Assembly: GCA_021432655.1 (NCBI GenBank)
Contig: MU271299.1
Location: 65,545 to 102,810, forward strand
From: Atractiella rhizophila
Taxonomy: Eukaryota
Direction of reading: 5' to 3'
DNA length: 37,266 nt
Under the pieces are notes generated by a model. It ran no database searches and was not told where the DNA came from. It saw only the letters and a list, made by a program, of their open reading frames with translations. Both the position numbers and the translations under genes were made by a program. Shown here in pieces: positions 1-11,280 of this stretch (positions are counted from its first letter, which is position 1; each line of letters starts with the position of its first letter).

Positions 1-3000
1 CCATCGCTTCGATACGTGATTTTGAAGTGTGAGGTGCCTCGTAGGTATCTGAAGATTCGTTTGACGGCTTTCCAGTGAAGCGACGAGGGATTTTCGGCGA
101 ACTGGGTGACTTGAGTGACGGCGAAGGCGAGGTCGGGTCGAATCGTGATCATGAGGTACAGAAGAGATCCAATTGCCTCTCGGTAACGACCAACCCACGA
201 CTCAGGGATTCCACCTTCCTCTTTATCTTCCTCCGTCGCCGGCTCCAGCTTTCCTCCAATTTCGAACGGTGTTGCAACTGCTTGCAGTTCTGCATTCCGA
301 ATTTCTCCAACAGCCGCTCGATGAAAGCCTCTTAATCGATGGAGATTCCATTGTCGGACTGGGTGATCCGGATTCCTACAAAGTGCGTAGCTCTCCCTTT
401 GTCCTTCAACTTGTAGTGTTTCTCAAGTTCTTTCTTGACAGGTTCAGCATCTTCGTCACTTTCGGCCATAATTGCGAAGTTGTCGACGTAGACTCCGACC
501 AGTACATATTTTCCTGTCTTCTCGTCTTTCTTCGTATAGATAGTTGATTCTGACTTGGATTGCTTGAAGCCCATGCTCTTCAACTTCTCATCGGCATCCC
601 CATTCCAAACTCGACTGCTCTGATGGAGACTGTAGACGCCTTTCATAACTTTGATGACCCAATCAGGATGCTCAGGGTCTTCCCAGCCAGGAGGTCGACG
701 AAGATAGACAGGTTTGTCGAGTTTCCTGTAGAGATACGCTGCTGAAACGTCGACCATGTGGACAGGCCACCGGTTCTTCCCTCCGATGGACAAGATGAAG
801 CGAAATGACGGCATGGAGAGGACTGGGAAGAAAGTTTCGTCATAGTCGACGCCCTCGCACTGCGTGAAGCCTTGAGCGACGACTCTTGCACGAAATCGGA
901 CGGTTTCTCCCCCTGGACCTAGTTTCTCCCTCAACACCCATTTCGAACCGATCACGTTCTCCCCCTAGGAAGCGGCACCATCTCTCCAACTTCCCTCTCC
1001 TTCCACGAACTCCTCTCCTCGTCAAATGCGTCCTGCCACTTGGAGGCGTCTGGACCATTAACGGCTTCTTCGTACGACGGAGTGAGGTTGCGAGTGGGGC
1101 TGGCGATGGTAATGTGAGCCACAGCGTCGGAGAGAGGTGAGTCTCCAAAATACTTTTCTCTGTTCTCTCTCTGAGCTTCTGCAGGAGAACAACGGGCTCG
1201 CTGAGAGCGTTTGCGGGGCGGAGGTGGGTCAGGTTTCACCTTCGACGGCGCCTCAGTGGGTCTCTCCCCCTCTTTCTGTTCCTCTCCCTTTTCTACCATG
1301 TCTGATGTCTCTTCGGGAGCAGGAGGATCCAGCACTTCGTTAGTTTGGACTTCGAGAGATTGAAGGAGGGTCGGAGGGTGAGTTTCGTCGAATTGGACAT
1401 GGAGGTGTTTGGTGACTGACCCGTTTTTGGGGTTGTAGATGTGATAAGTCTTGCTCTCCCAATCATAACCGATCAGTCTCCCTTCCCACAAACGCACATC
1501 CAGCTTCTGCCTGTTTGGCTTAGGAGGAACCAGGCTGTAAGTTCGACATCCCAGGACTTGCAAGTGCTCCACTGACGGCTTCTTTCCAGTCCAAGCCTCG
1601 AACGGCGTCTTGCCTTCGAGTGCGACGGTTGGACGGCGATTTAGGAGGTGAATTGCGGCGACAGCGAGCTCTCCCCACAGCTTCTTGGGGAGATTGGAAG
1701 TGTGGAGGGTAGAACGGATGAGGGAAGCGATGGAGAGGTTGAGACGCTCCGTGACGCCATTCTGCTGCGGAGTGTAGGAGGCAGTGTGCTCGTGCTTGAT
1801 GCCATGAGACTTCAGGTACGTCTCGAACTCGTTGCTGGTGTACTCCCCGCCATTATCTGACCTTATCGCATTGATCTTTAGGCCGGTCTCGAGCTCGACG
1901 TTGGCTTTGAACTCCTTAAAGGTGGAGAAGACATCAGATTTTCGCTTTAGAAGGTAAATCCACTTTCTTCGAGTCGCATCATCTGTGAAGCTCACCCAGT
2001 ATTCAGCTCCACCGATCGTCTTCACAGGCGCAGGACCCCACGTCGGTGTGAACGAGTTCGAGTTTTTCGCTCGCACATTTCGAAGGTCCAGAGGGGAACG
2101 GGAGCTTGGATTGACGACCAAGGAGATATCCGGCGCAAGGTGCGTGATGATCCTCCTCTCCCACTTCCATCCCTCTAACCATTTCTTTCTTCTGCAGCTC
2201 CTTAAGTCCATCCATTCCAAGATAACCGAGCCTGCAGTGCCAGACGTGAACAGACGGGGTTTTCACGGCAGTGGTGAGTTTCGCATTTGCTTCGCTTGCT
2301 TCCAGGAACAGCACTGACGCATCAAGCTTGCACAGGCCTCCTTCCGCACTAATTTCTGCCACTACCATTCCATCTTGCTTTACAATCCTCCCGCGTCTGT
2401 GCGTGGAGAAGACGTCGTCGAAACCACGCAAGTTGAGCTTGTAGGTGGAGAGGAGAGCGCAATCAATTTCGGGGTCAAAGAGAACATCAGTGAGTTCGAT
2501 TTTCTTTCCACTCCATTCACTTTTGTCAAGACTCTGACTGTTCCAATGCCAGTGGCCTTTGTGATGATTCCGTGGGACGAGCGGATGCGACGAGCATGCG
2601 GAGAAAGCGACGAGAACCAGGAACGGAATGGGACATGTTGCCGCAGAATCGATGTAGATCCCCTCACGGTGAGTTCTATCTCCAGCGACCGTGTGGAAAG
2701 CATCTGAGATCTTCGCTTCCCCAGTTTTTCTCCTTCCTCCCGCTTCTTCTTTCGGCAATCCCTCTCCCAATGACCTTCAATACCACAAAAGTGGCATTTG
2801 CCCTTTTTCTTCTCGCTTTTCGACCTCCCTCCACTGCCACTTCCACCTCCCGACTTGGTATAGTTCCTTCCTCCTCCCCCAGACCTCGTAACTAACGCTT
2901 CCCTAGGTTTTGAGTCTGGATTCCTTCGATCAGCTTCAAGCAGGAGACGGGAAGCGACGTAGGAGGACGTGAAATCAGAGGAGGAGACGGTCATGAACGA

Positions 3001-3303
3001 GGAGACGACTTCGATCCAGGACGGCGGTAGGGAGATCAACAGTAGCATCGCGACATCCTCGTCATCCGTCTTGTCACCCATCGCCTTCAACTCTTGCCCC
3101 ATGGTGCGAATCCGATTGACATGATCTCGCATCGACTCACCCTCGACGTAACGCGCGGTGTAGAGCTTCTGACAGAGGAGAACACGAGCCTGGCGGTCCT
3201 GGGTTGGGTAGAGCTCCTTGAGCCTATCCCAAACCTCCTTCGGCTTCTCGACGTCGATATCCCGGATATCGGTGAGTACGTGGTCTGCAAGGTGCGAGAC
3301 CAA
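1..3303 (-). mobile_element. Degenerate Ty1/copia LTR retrotransposon (gag-protease-integrase-RT), running off the left edge; no LTR recognised
   Basis: Copia domain order on minus: gag with zinc knuckle CHFCGIEGHWERDC (ORF 2380-3303), protease YIDSAAT, GAG-pre-integrase WHCRLGY, integrase (FTDDATR, IRSDNGGEY, TPQQNGVTERLN; ORF 952-2220), RT (RARVVAQGFTQCEGVDYDETF, VYVDNF; ORF 332-955) and GSLLYL..RPDLAFAV..HWKAVKRIFRYLRGT below 330. Several frameshifts and an in-frame TAA at 332-334. Confidence 0.95.
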
Positions 3304-3437
3304 TCAAAACTCTGGGTCTCACACTTGCAGGGGAAGTTATTTTATAGCATAAAAGCTGAATAATAAGGAACTAAGAAAATATGACTTCGCACCAGCAAGA
3401 GAAAGGAGGGTGCATTTATGCTCCCGTGGCCCCATCA

Positions 3438-4108
3438 TAATTCATTTCATTATAATGTGCCCGCTGAGGAGGTATAAATGTTCAAAAGTGAATTTTATGA
3501 CTCATGCCAAGAACTGATGAATCTAGATAGATAGATAGATTGTGTGGAGGCACTCATGGCCTCAAGGTGACAAAATGTCAGGGAACAGAGAATCGAACCA
3601 ACACCAAAAGCAAAATTAGGTTTCATTCTCACATAATACCACATCTGCAAACTCTTTACCTTGTCAGCTTATTTTGATAGGTAAGGAAAATCTTGCCAAA
3701 AGTGCCAAAGTCAGTCACTTGACTCAGTCATGAAGACAATTAGGTTTTTGTCCTTTAAATAAGCTTTGTTGTATATGTTTCGAAAGGGTGCTGATGTGTA
3801 TTCTGGTGGTATGCGCAGAATTTTGACGGGGTTGTTGTGGACCAAGAAGTCACTTGAGTCAGTTGGAAAAATAATATTTTTTCGTCTTTCAATGGGCTTT
3901 GCTGTATATGGTTCGAAAGGCGCTGACACGTGTGTTCTGGTTGTTGTGGGTGGCGAGAGAAGTGCTCAAGTACATGTGGGAGTCATGCCAAGATCCCATC
4001 GTGCTTTATCCTTACCTCTAAAAGCCATCTGTTCTTGGCATGAGTCATAAAACACACTTTTGAGCGTTCATACCTCCCTCAGCAGGCCCATTGAAACGAA
4101 ATGAATTA
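3438..4108. mobile_element. Non-autonomous terminal-inverted-repeat element (MITE-like), ~670 bp
   Basis: 3438-3519 (TAATTCATTTCATTATAATGTGCCCGCTGAGGAGGTATAAATGTTCAAAAGTGAATTTTATGACTCATGCCAAGAACTGATG) is an imperfect reverse complement of 4026-4108. CATCA flanks both ends (3433-3437 and 4109-4113). Interior is AT-rich and non-coding. Confidence 0.75.
3713..3942. repeat. Two diverged direct repeats, ~135-bp period, inside the TIR element
   Basis: AGTCACTTGAcTCAGT...GCTTTGtTGTATATGtTTCGAAAGGgtGCTGA...TTCTGGT at ~3713-3807 recurs as AGTCACTTGAgTCAGT...GCTTTGcTGTATATGgTTCGAAAGGcGCTGA...TTCTGGT at ~3848-3942. Confidence 0.75.
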
Positions 4109-4591
4109 CATCATCTTACTGCATATGCTTGCGCCTTTCTGAAGCCGCGAGGAAATTTTATTCTGAAGATGGTAAAAAGTGTGTTTCATCCTGGACTCGA
4201 ACTCACAGTAGGGTTCAAGGGGCCATGCCCTTTGTGAGTGGGTTGGGGGGCCTGAGGGACGAAGGCCTCTGACATACTTGTACATAAGGATAACGGTCCA
4301 TATCAAAGCAAGCTTGGTGCCATATTTTCAAGCAACTTCCAAACATCGAGATTCGACTAGACCAGCGCCGAGAGGTTGATGAGAATTCACGATCCTTACG
4401 GCCATAATGGGGAGAAGCACATAGGATGAGACATGAGTTGCAATTCGCATGAATTGTTAATTTCCAGTGCTAGTAATACATGCATAGAGTGAAAATCATA
4501 AGCATAGGCGTGAGATCTAGCCTCTACATATATATGTACCTTTCTACACCGTCTCGAATGCACTCCATTCAAACTAAAGAGGCGTCAACGA

Positions 4592-7500
4592 TCAATAATC
4601 GAACAGCTTTAACCTCTCGCCAGTCTTCCAATACCATGTCTGTGGGGAGCATCAGTAACTACGCGTGCATGGGGAAATGAAGAATGTACGATATCCCTCT
4701 CTTCCACTTCTCGAAGTGTGAAACCATTCCCGTAGTGCGCGAAACGGTTGTTCGAATAGATATAATTGAAGTCTGTAACGAAGCAAATTATCAATCTCGC
4801 GCAGACTGAGGATGAAGAAAGGAAAATGTACCTTCCCACCGTGGGTTCTGAAGTGTGGAGAAATAATGGAGCCTTCCGCCAGGATGCAATGAATCGAGAG
4901 GCCCATCTGGTTTACCGTTCTTAAACCTGTCCATCCAACATCCATCAATCCCTTCGAACTCGGAGGAATAGAACAAGGATGACTAACCAAGAACTACAAG
5001 TGCTAGCCCACGCCGTAGTTTTCAATTGTTCTTGTGCATGTTCGTACAGCTCATCCACGACGTCTTGCTTTACTTCGATTGTTTTTATCGGTTCAGTCTG
5101 TAAACGGTGAAGGACCTTTATCGCGTAGTCCGAGACGTGTTCCGTCGAAGGGATGAGTGCACCGTGAGCAGAAGGCGAGCCAGGACCCATGACAACTGAA
5201 CAAACGATCTCATCAGAACACGGAGAAGAAAAGAAAAGACGTGGAACATACCGAGATAATTGGGGAATCCAGGAACAAACATGCTCTGATAAGCCCTTGC
5301 CCTATCCTTCCAAACCTGCCTCAGGTCTACGCCTTTTGTCCCAAGTAATGGAAACCGAGGCTTGAAAGAGATGTCGAAGCCAGTCGCGCAGATGATCACG
5401 TCCACCTCGTACTCCTTTCCATTCCTATCCATCACCCCCTTCTCCGTCACACGCTCGATTCCAGTTGTCACAGGCGTCACGTTCTCTTTCTGTAGAGCAG
5501 CGAGGAATCCAGGAGCGGGTGTGAGACGACGACAACCTACCCAAGGACGAATGAAAATCAGTATGTGGACAGAGAAGTTTGATGGAGAGAGGAGAGACGA
5601 ACCGACAGCGAAATCGGGGACAAGGATATCGATTAGATCTTGTCTGCCGTTCAGAGCGGTTATCATCTCCTTCTTGAAAAAGTCGAAGATCTCCTTCTGC
5701 GCCTCCGAATCCTTAATGACGAATTTCCAACGCTTGTTCAGTTCGAACTCGATATTCTGGATGCTGCATAAACACGAGCACATCAATCAGCAAATGTTTT
5801 ATACGCAAAGGACGAAGAAAACATACTACTCCCGATGTTTGACCTCATCCTTCCTAAACTCCTCTTTCCTCTCCTCGTCATAATCAAAATTGCTCCCTCC
5901 AGGTCCAGCGTACTTAGCCGCAAAAGAGGGTGTGATCCAAGTCTTGGACCTAATGAAGTGGTAGACGTGTTCGACCTCTCCCTGAATGTTAGGGAGCACC
6001 TGAACTGCTGAGGATCCGACTCCGATCAAAGCGACCTTCTTTCCCTTGAGAGAAATGGATCGATCCCACGCTGCAGTATGGGTAAGTTTTCCCTTAAAGT
6101 CATGGAGACCTTTGATGTCAGGCCACTTCCAGGCGTTCAACAGCCCTACCAAGCTTCCATCAACCTTCTTGCACTTGAAATGGATGAAAAAAGAGACGAT
6201 GGCGTACCGGAACCGTTGATAAAGAAGTCGCACCAGTCTTCAAAAGCCTCCTCCCTCTTCCCTTCCGGGACGACCTTCACAATCCAATGCGAGGATTCCG
6301 CGTCCCAACGAGCACCTACGACTTCGTGTGAGGTCTTGAAATATCCTCGGAGGTCAAAGTCGTCGACGACCTTTTCCATGTAGGCTTGAATTTGGTCGGA
6401 GGTCGAATAGCTATCATGAATGAGCGGATGAAGGAGATGATGAGCGAGGACACACTAGGAAGGCCAGTCTGGGTAGAGCGCCCATGTGAACTGGTAGGTG
6501 TGAGAGGGAATATCGCATGCGCATCCCTGAATCCAATGAAATCGAGTAAGAAGTTGTTTGTTCGCAGTTTCTCAATGTCACAAATGTCTACTCTTCATGC
6601 TTTCAAAAAGATAACCCACTTCTCACAAAGATCACCCACAGGCGATCATAGAGAGTGAGTAGCCCTAGATAAATACTCTGAACTCACTACCTCCTCGTGA
6701 GATCAAATAGAAGCATCATCTGTTCATGCAATCAAAATAAATCCTAATTGGCGCATGGTCAATCCTTTGGAGCAAAGGAGGAGTCTTCACGCGGTAATGA
6801 GAATAAACAACTCCTCATGCCATCATCATCACACCCTTAGAAGGAACAACTGGGTTCTCAGCCACGGAGAATTACCAACAGCTCTGTCAGCCGTTTGAAA
6901 CCAACTCTTCACAACTGAATAACCAACACCTGCTGAACTCATAGAAATAGGATCCACTTTACCGCTCCACTGAAAGCTTAAAAGGCAAACAAGTGGCTGC
7001 TCATGAATGTGCATGGAACAATTGGTACCGTGAGATATCACTAACTCTACTAGTTAATGAGAATAACGGCTCTCAAGCTGCCACATAAAATGCTCAGCTC
7101 CTCGTGAACTTGGGAGAACAATCTCAAAGCATAAGGAAGTAACTGATTGGTCATGAAGGGAGTTAATGAGACAAGAGACGTACAGGATATTTGTTCTCAA
7201 ACCAGGTTCCAGTCAACCCAGCATTCTTCTCATAACAAGTCAACGTGACATCCTTGAGGTGCGTTTTGACCTTATAGGCCATATTGATGCCACTCGCACC
7301 ACCTCCTACATATATGAGCTTTAAGGGACGCCTCTGACCAAGCGGTTGAGGGAGCATCTGATACCTAAACCAACAATAATATCCATGTCATCAGAACAGA
7401 AAGAACATGGACAGAAGAGCAAAGGAAGGGAAAGGAAGACTGACGAAGAAGAAGGTTGTCTCGGACCAAACACCTCATCGCTCGAGCTGACCTTTGGCGG

Positions 7501-7731
7501 GTTCGCCTTCCTCGAGGGATGGACGGGTAAGTCGTCAGCTACGAAGGTGGGTATGATCGAATGTTCCTTCTCCAAGTCGAGCTTCTGTGCTCCGTTAACG
7601 TTCGAGTTCAAGTTGACGCCGTTTGAGATGTTTGATATGGGCTTTGGGAGGGCTGATTTGAGGGCGGAGATCGCTCCGTTGATGGATGTGCCGTTCGAAG
7701 AGGAGGGAGAATCGATGGCGACTGGGGACAT
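4592..7731 (-). CDS. Type I Baeyer-Villiger / flavin-binding monooxygenase (multi-exon)
   Basis: First Rossmann motif YVGGGASG, GTWFENKYP|GCACDIPSHTYQF, BVMO fingerprint FKGKLTHTAAWD (FxGxxxHTAxWD), second Rossmann motif LIGVGSSAVQ, CRRLTP, DVIICATGFD. Modelled C-terminus ...RDI|TWYWKTGERLKLFDY* ends at 4592. Confidence 0.92.
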
Positions 7732-8142
7732 GGTCTTCTATTCTACTCTACCGTAGTGGCTGACAATGGCTGATGTAAGTATAAGGTAGATGTAGATGGT
7801 GAAGGGACGGATGGAGGGAGTGCGACATCTTAAATGTCCTGCCATACGAAACGCCTGCCACGGCACAACAAAACACCGATAATATAGCCGATAATCCAAA
7901 TCGAAAGCGACAGCAAAACACCGTGGACGAACTAAAACGCCGGAGGCGTGCTTTCCACTCGGCGTTCTCCGGCACGTCAGCCGGCACTCGCGCCTCACCA
8001 CTACAGCTAAAAGAAGCATCAACCATCAACACTCCGATCCATCTCCATCCACCATTCGCCATCCGACGACCACCAGGCGCCAATAACACCTAACAACAAC
8101 AGCGATAGAAGAGATATTCGCGACGCGTGACGTATCGATCAC
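7732..8142. promoter_or_regulatory. Bidirectional promoter (BVMO / acyl-CoA ligase) with four AACRCCG motifs
   Basis: Divergent ATGs at 7731 and 8143. AACACCG at 7872 and 7917, AACGCCG at 7936, CGGCGTT at 7960. Confidence 0.7.
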
Positions 8143-11099
8143 ATGACCTCCATTAATCGAACCAAGCGAGTTACTCCTCCCCTCTTCTGGTCACCGGGAG
8201 GTCCACGTCCTCACGAAGGGGAGGAGCCGCACATCGAGAAGTTTAGGAAATGGGTCAACGCTCGACGTTCTTACGGCCTCAAATCCTATTGGGATCTCCA
8301 TCGATGGAGCGTTTCCGTACGTCTCAATCTTCATCACAAGTGTGGGGGATTGACTTGATATCTTTGGTGAGAGCAGAAGACCGATGAGTTCTGGAGCGAC
8401 TGTTGGGACTACTTTGGCTTCGTAGGCTCAAAAGGAAACGGGGTGCGTCACTCTCTTCCTTTCGCATCACAACTCTTTCTTACATATTACATATATTCCA
8501 CGATTACAGTCAGCACACGACAGGTCGATACCAATGAACAAACCACAACGCTGGTTCCCCGGCGCATCCTTCAAGTGCGCCATCTTCCTCGTTTTCTCTC
8601 CTCCTTCGTCATGAGAACTGACATTATTCCTTTTGCAGCTTCTCAGAAAACCTCCTCCTCTCCCATCCCAACGCACGCTCCCCAACAGCCACAGCCGTGA
8701 TCGGAACCGTCGAGCCCGACCCATCCTCTTCATCTCCGCAAGAGCCTGTAGAGACAGGGCGTTTGAGTTGGGCTGAGCTGTATGACGAAGTGGGCCGTCC
8801 ATCCATTACATATCTGAAAGCAAAGACATGTTGTTGACGTTGAATTATTGATAGGTGGGAAGAGCGGTTGTAGCGCTCAGGAAGTTGGGTGTTAAGCCTG
8901 GAGACTCAGTCGTCACCTTTGGAGCGTCGAACGTGGAGATGGTCGTCGTCTATCTCGCCGTGATAGCTGTAGGAGCGATCTTCAGTTCCACACCCGCCGG
9001 TGCGTATATTACCCCTTCTCTTCCCTCCTCGGCAACTGACATTCCGACTTATGGATGGATGCTGCAGAATTCGGATCCCACGCAGTCATCGACAGATACT
9101 CCATCATCAAGCCAAAGGTCCTCTTCACCATCGACAAGTACAGGTACGGACGAAAGGAGCATCTCGTATCGCAACGCGCTAGGGAGGTCGTCGACGCTCT
9201 TGTCAAAATGGGAGGGATCGAGCATGTCATCGTCATCGGACACCTCGTCCCTTCTCGCGAACCTGTGCCGGATAGTTTGAAAGGATTCAAAGGGGTAAAG
9301 GTACGCTTTCTCTTGATCGTATCTTTAAGATGAAACTGACTTTTTTCTCTTTTTCAATTCTGATGCATAGACTCAGACTTGGAATTCCTTCTTAAAATCA
9401 GGAAATGGCGCACCGAAGAATATCGAATTCCATAGGGCTGATTTCAGCTGGCCAATATGGATCGTCTTCTCTTCTGGTTCGTCGCCCCCTACTATTTCAT
9501 TTTACGCCTTTACGGCAAGAGGATGTGCTGACTCGATGGCTCGATTGGCTGGTTAGGGACGACTGGAAAGCCCAAGTCGATCTTAGGACCTGGTGGGGGA
9601 CTACTCTTGAGCAGGAAGATGACGAATATGCTCCACATGAATCTAGACCATCGAGACACCGTGCTCCAATTCTCCACCGTGCGCTCTCTTACCTTCTCCA
9701 TTTCAACGAGATCGCAATGCTCACAGCGATTCACAGATGGGTTGGATCGTCTATAACCTCTCCGTCAACTTTTTGGCCACAGGAGGGACCATGTTGTGCT
9801 ATGACGGCTCGCCATTCCATCCCCAAGAGGTTCTCTGGAGGCTGGTCGAGAAATACAAGTCCGTTTCCTCTAACTTTGCAGGATGAATTCTGACTATCGG
9901 CGATAGGGTAGCGCAACTTGGAATCTCCCCTCGGTACATCCAATCGCTGGCTCGAAATCGTTTCGTCCCCTCCGCAGAACGCGACATCTCCTCCCTGAAA
10001 CAAGTTTATACCACCGGGGCTCCAATAACGGGAGACGTCTACGATTACATCGCTCGAGAGGCTCGTCTTCCTCCTTAACCCATCCCAAGTACGATATAGC
10101 CGCTAATTTTCGAAAACTTAGGTACCCAATGCGTTCTTGTCCAATAACTGTGGCGGCACGGAGATCGGAGGAGGCCTGCTCCATTCCGTTCATACCCTTC
10201 CCGTCTATCGAGGGGAGTTACAAGTGCCGATTTTGGGGATCGATCTAGCGGCTTTCGATGATAATGGTACAGTGTGTTTTTGCATTCTATAGCTCGATAT
10301 TGATCAAACCATTTATTCATTACAGGCAAACCGGTATACGATCAGGAAGGCACCATGGTCATTCGCACCGCCTTCCCAAATATGCCAGTAGGCTTCGTCG
10401 GTTTGTCCTTTCTCTCCCGCTGTCTCTGGATTCTTAAGTAGGGAATGCGGGGACAGGAGATGAAGGCGGCAAACGATATCAAGAGACCTATTTCTCCGAC
10501 TTCCCTTCCCCCGTGTTCAACATGAACGACAACGTCTACATGAACTCTGTCACCGGCGGCACTCTCGTCCTTGGACGGTCAGACGGAGTGCTCAATCCAT
10601 CCGGCGTGCGGTTCGGGAGCGCCGAGTCTGTCTCCTCTTCCCTCTGGCAATTTCACTCATCAATGGTACAGGCTTTATTACATCCTCGAGAAGGACTTCC
10701 GCGACGAGATCGTTGACTCGATAGCCGTAGGCCAAAAGACAGCAGATAACAACGAACGCGTCGCTCTCTTCGTCGTTCTACCTGAGCACAAGCGGTTGGA
10801 CAAAGATTTGGTGGGGATGGTGCAAGAGGCGATTCAGCAGCAGCTCAGCAGACGGCATGTACCAGAAATCATCGAGCAATGCCCTGCGATTCCGAGTACC
10901 ATGTCGAATAAGAAACTGGAGAGCACGGTCAAAAAACTGATGTAAGCCCTACTTCTTCATCTCTTTGTGGACACTAAGGCGGATGGACAGAAACGGAGTC
11001 CCGTTGAAAAATATCAACACGTCTGGAGTCGCCAATCCGGAATCCTTTGCCTTCTTCGATCAGTGGTACAAGAAGCAGACAAGGCCTGCAAAGCTCTGA
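8143..11099 (+). CDS. Acetoacetyl-CoA synthetase-family AMP-dependent acyl-CoA ligase (divergent), C-terminal PTS1-like AKL
   Basis: SYWDLHRWSV, RWFPGA, GAIFSSTP, AMP-binding IVFSSG|TTGKPKSI, YDGSPF, GGTEI, GRSDGVLNPSGVRFGSAE, LSRRHVP, SNKKLE, ANPES. Last exon ends ...KKQTRPAKL* (TGA 11097-11099). Confidence 0.9.
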
Positions 11100-11280
11100 T
11101 ATCCGAATCTGTTTCGATCCCTTTATTGTTTAGATATAGCATTTGCATTACGATTACTGTTGCATTACAACCTGCATGCGAACGAGAACAAGCACTCAAA
11201 CGGTAGTTACATAACGAGATGGATAATGCGTCAAAGCGCTGGAAAGGTGAAGTCGGCAAAAGACAAGAGTAGAGCAATGC

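Noticed and set aside
75..3363. Plus-strand ORFs over the retrotransposon
   Set aside because: Antisense to copia gag-pol with no independent motifs.
3713..3942. CRISPR-like repeat-spacer array
   Set aside because: Only two long diverged units, in a eukaryotic context with no cas genes.
3304..4450. 5' LTR and primer-binding site of the copia element
   Set aside because: No convincing TG..CA LTR or PBS could be identified, and the 3' LTR needed for comparison lies outside the window.
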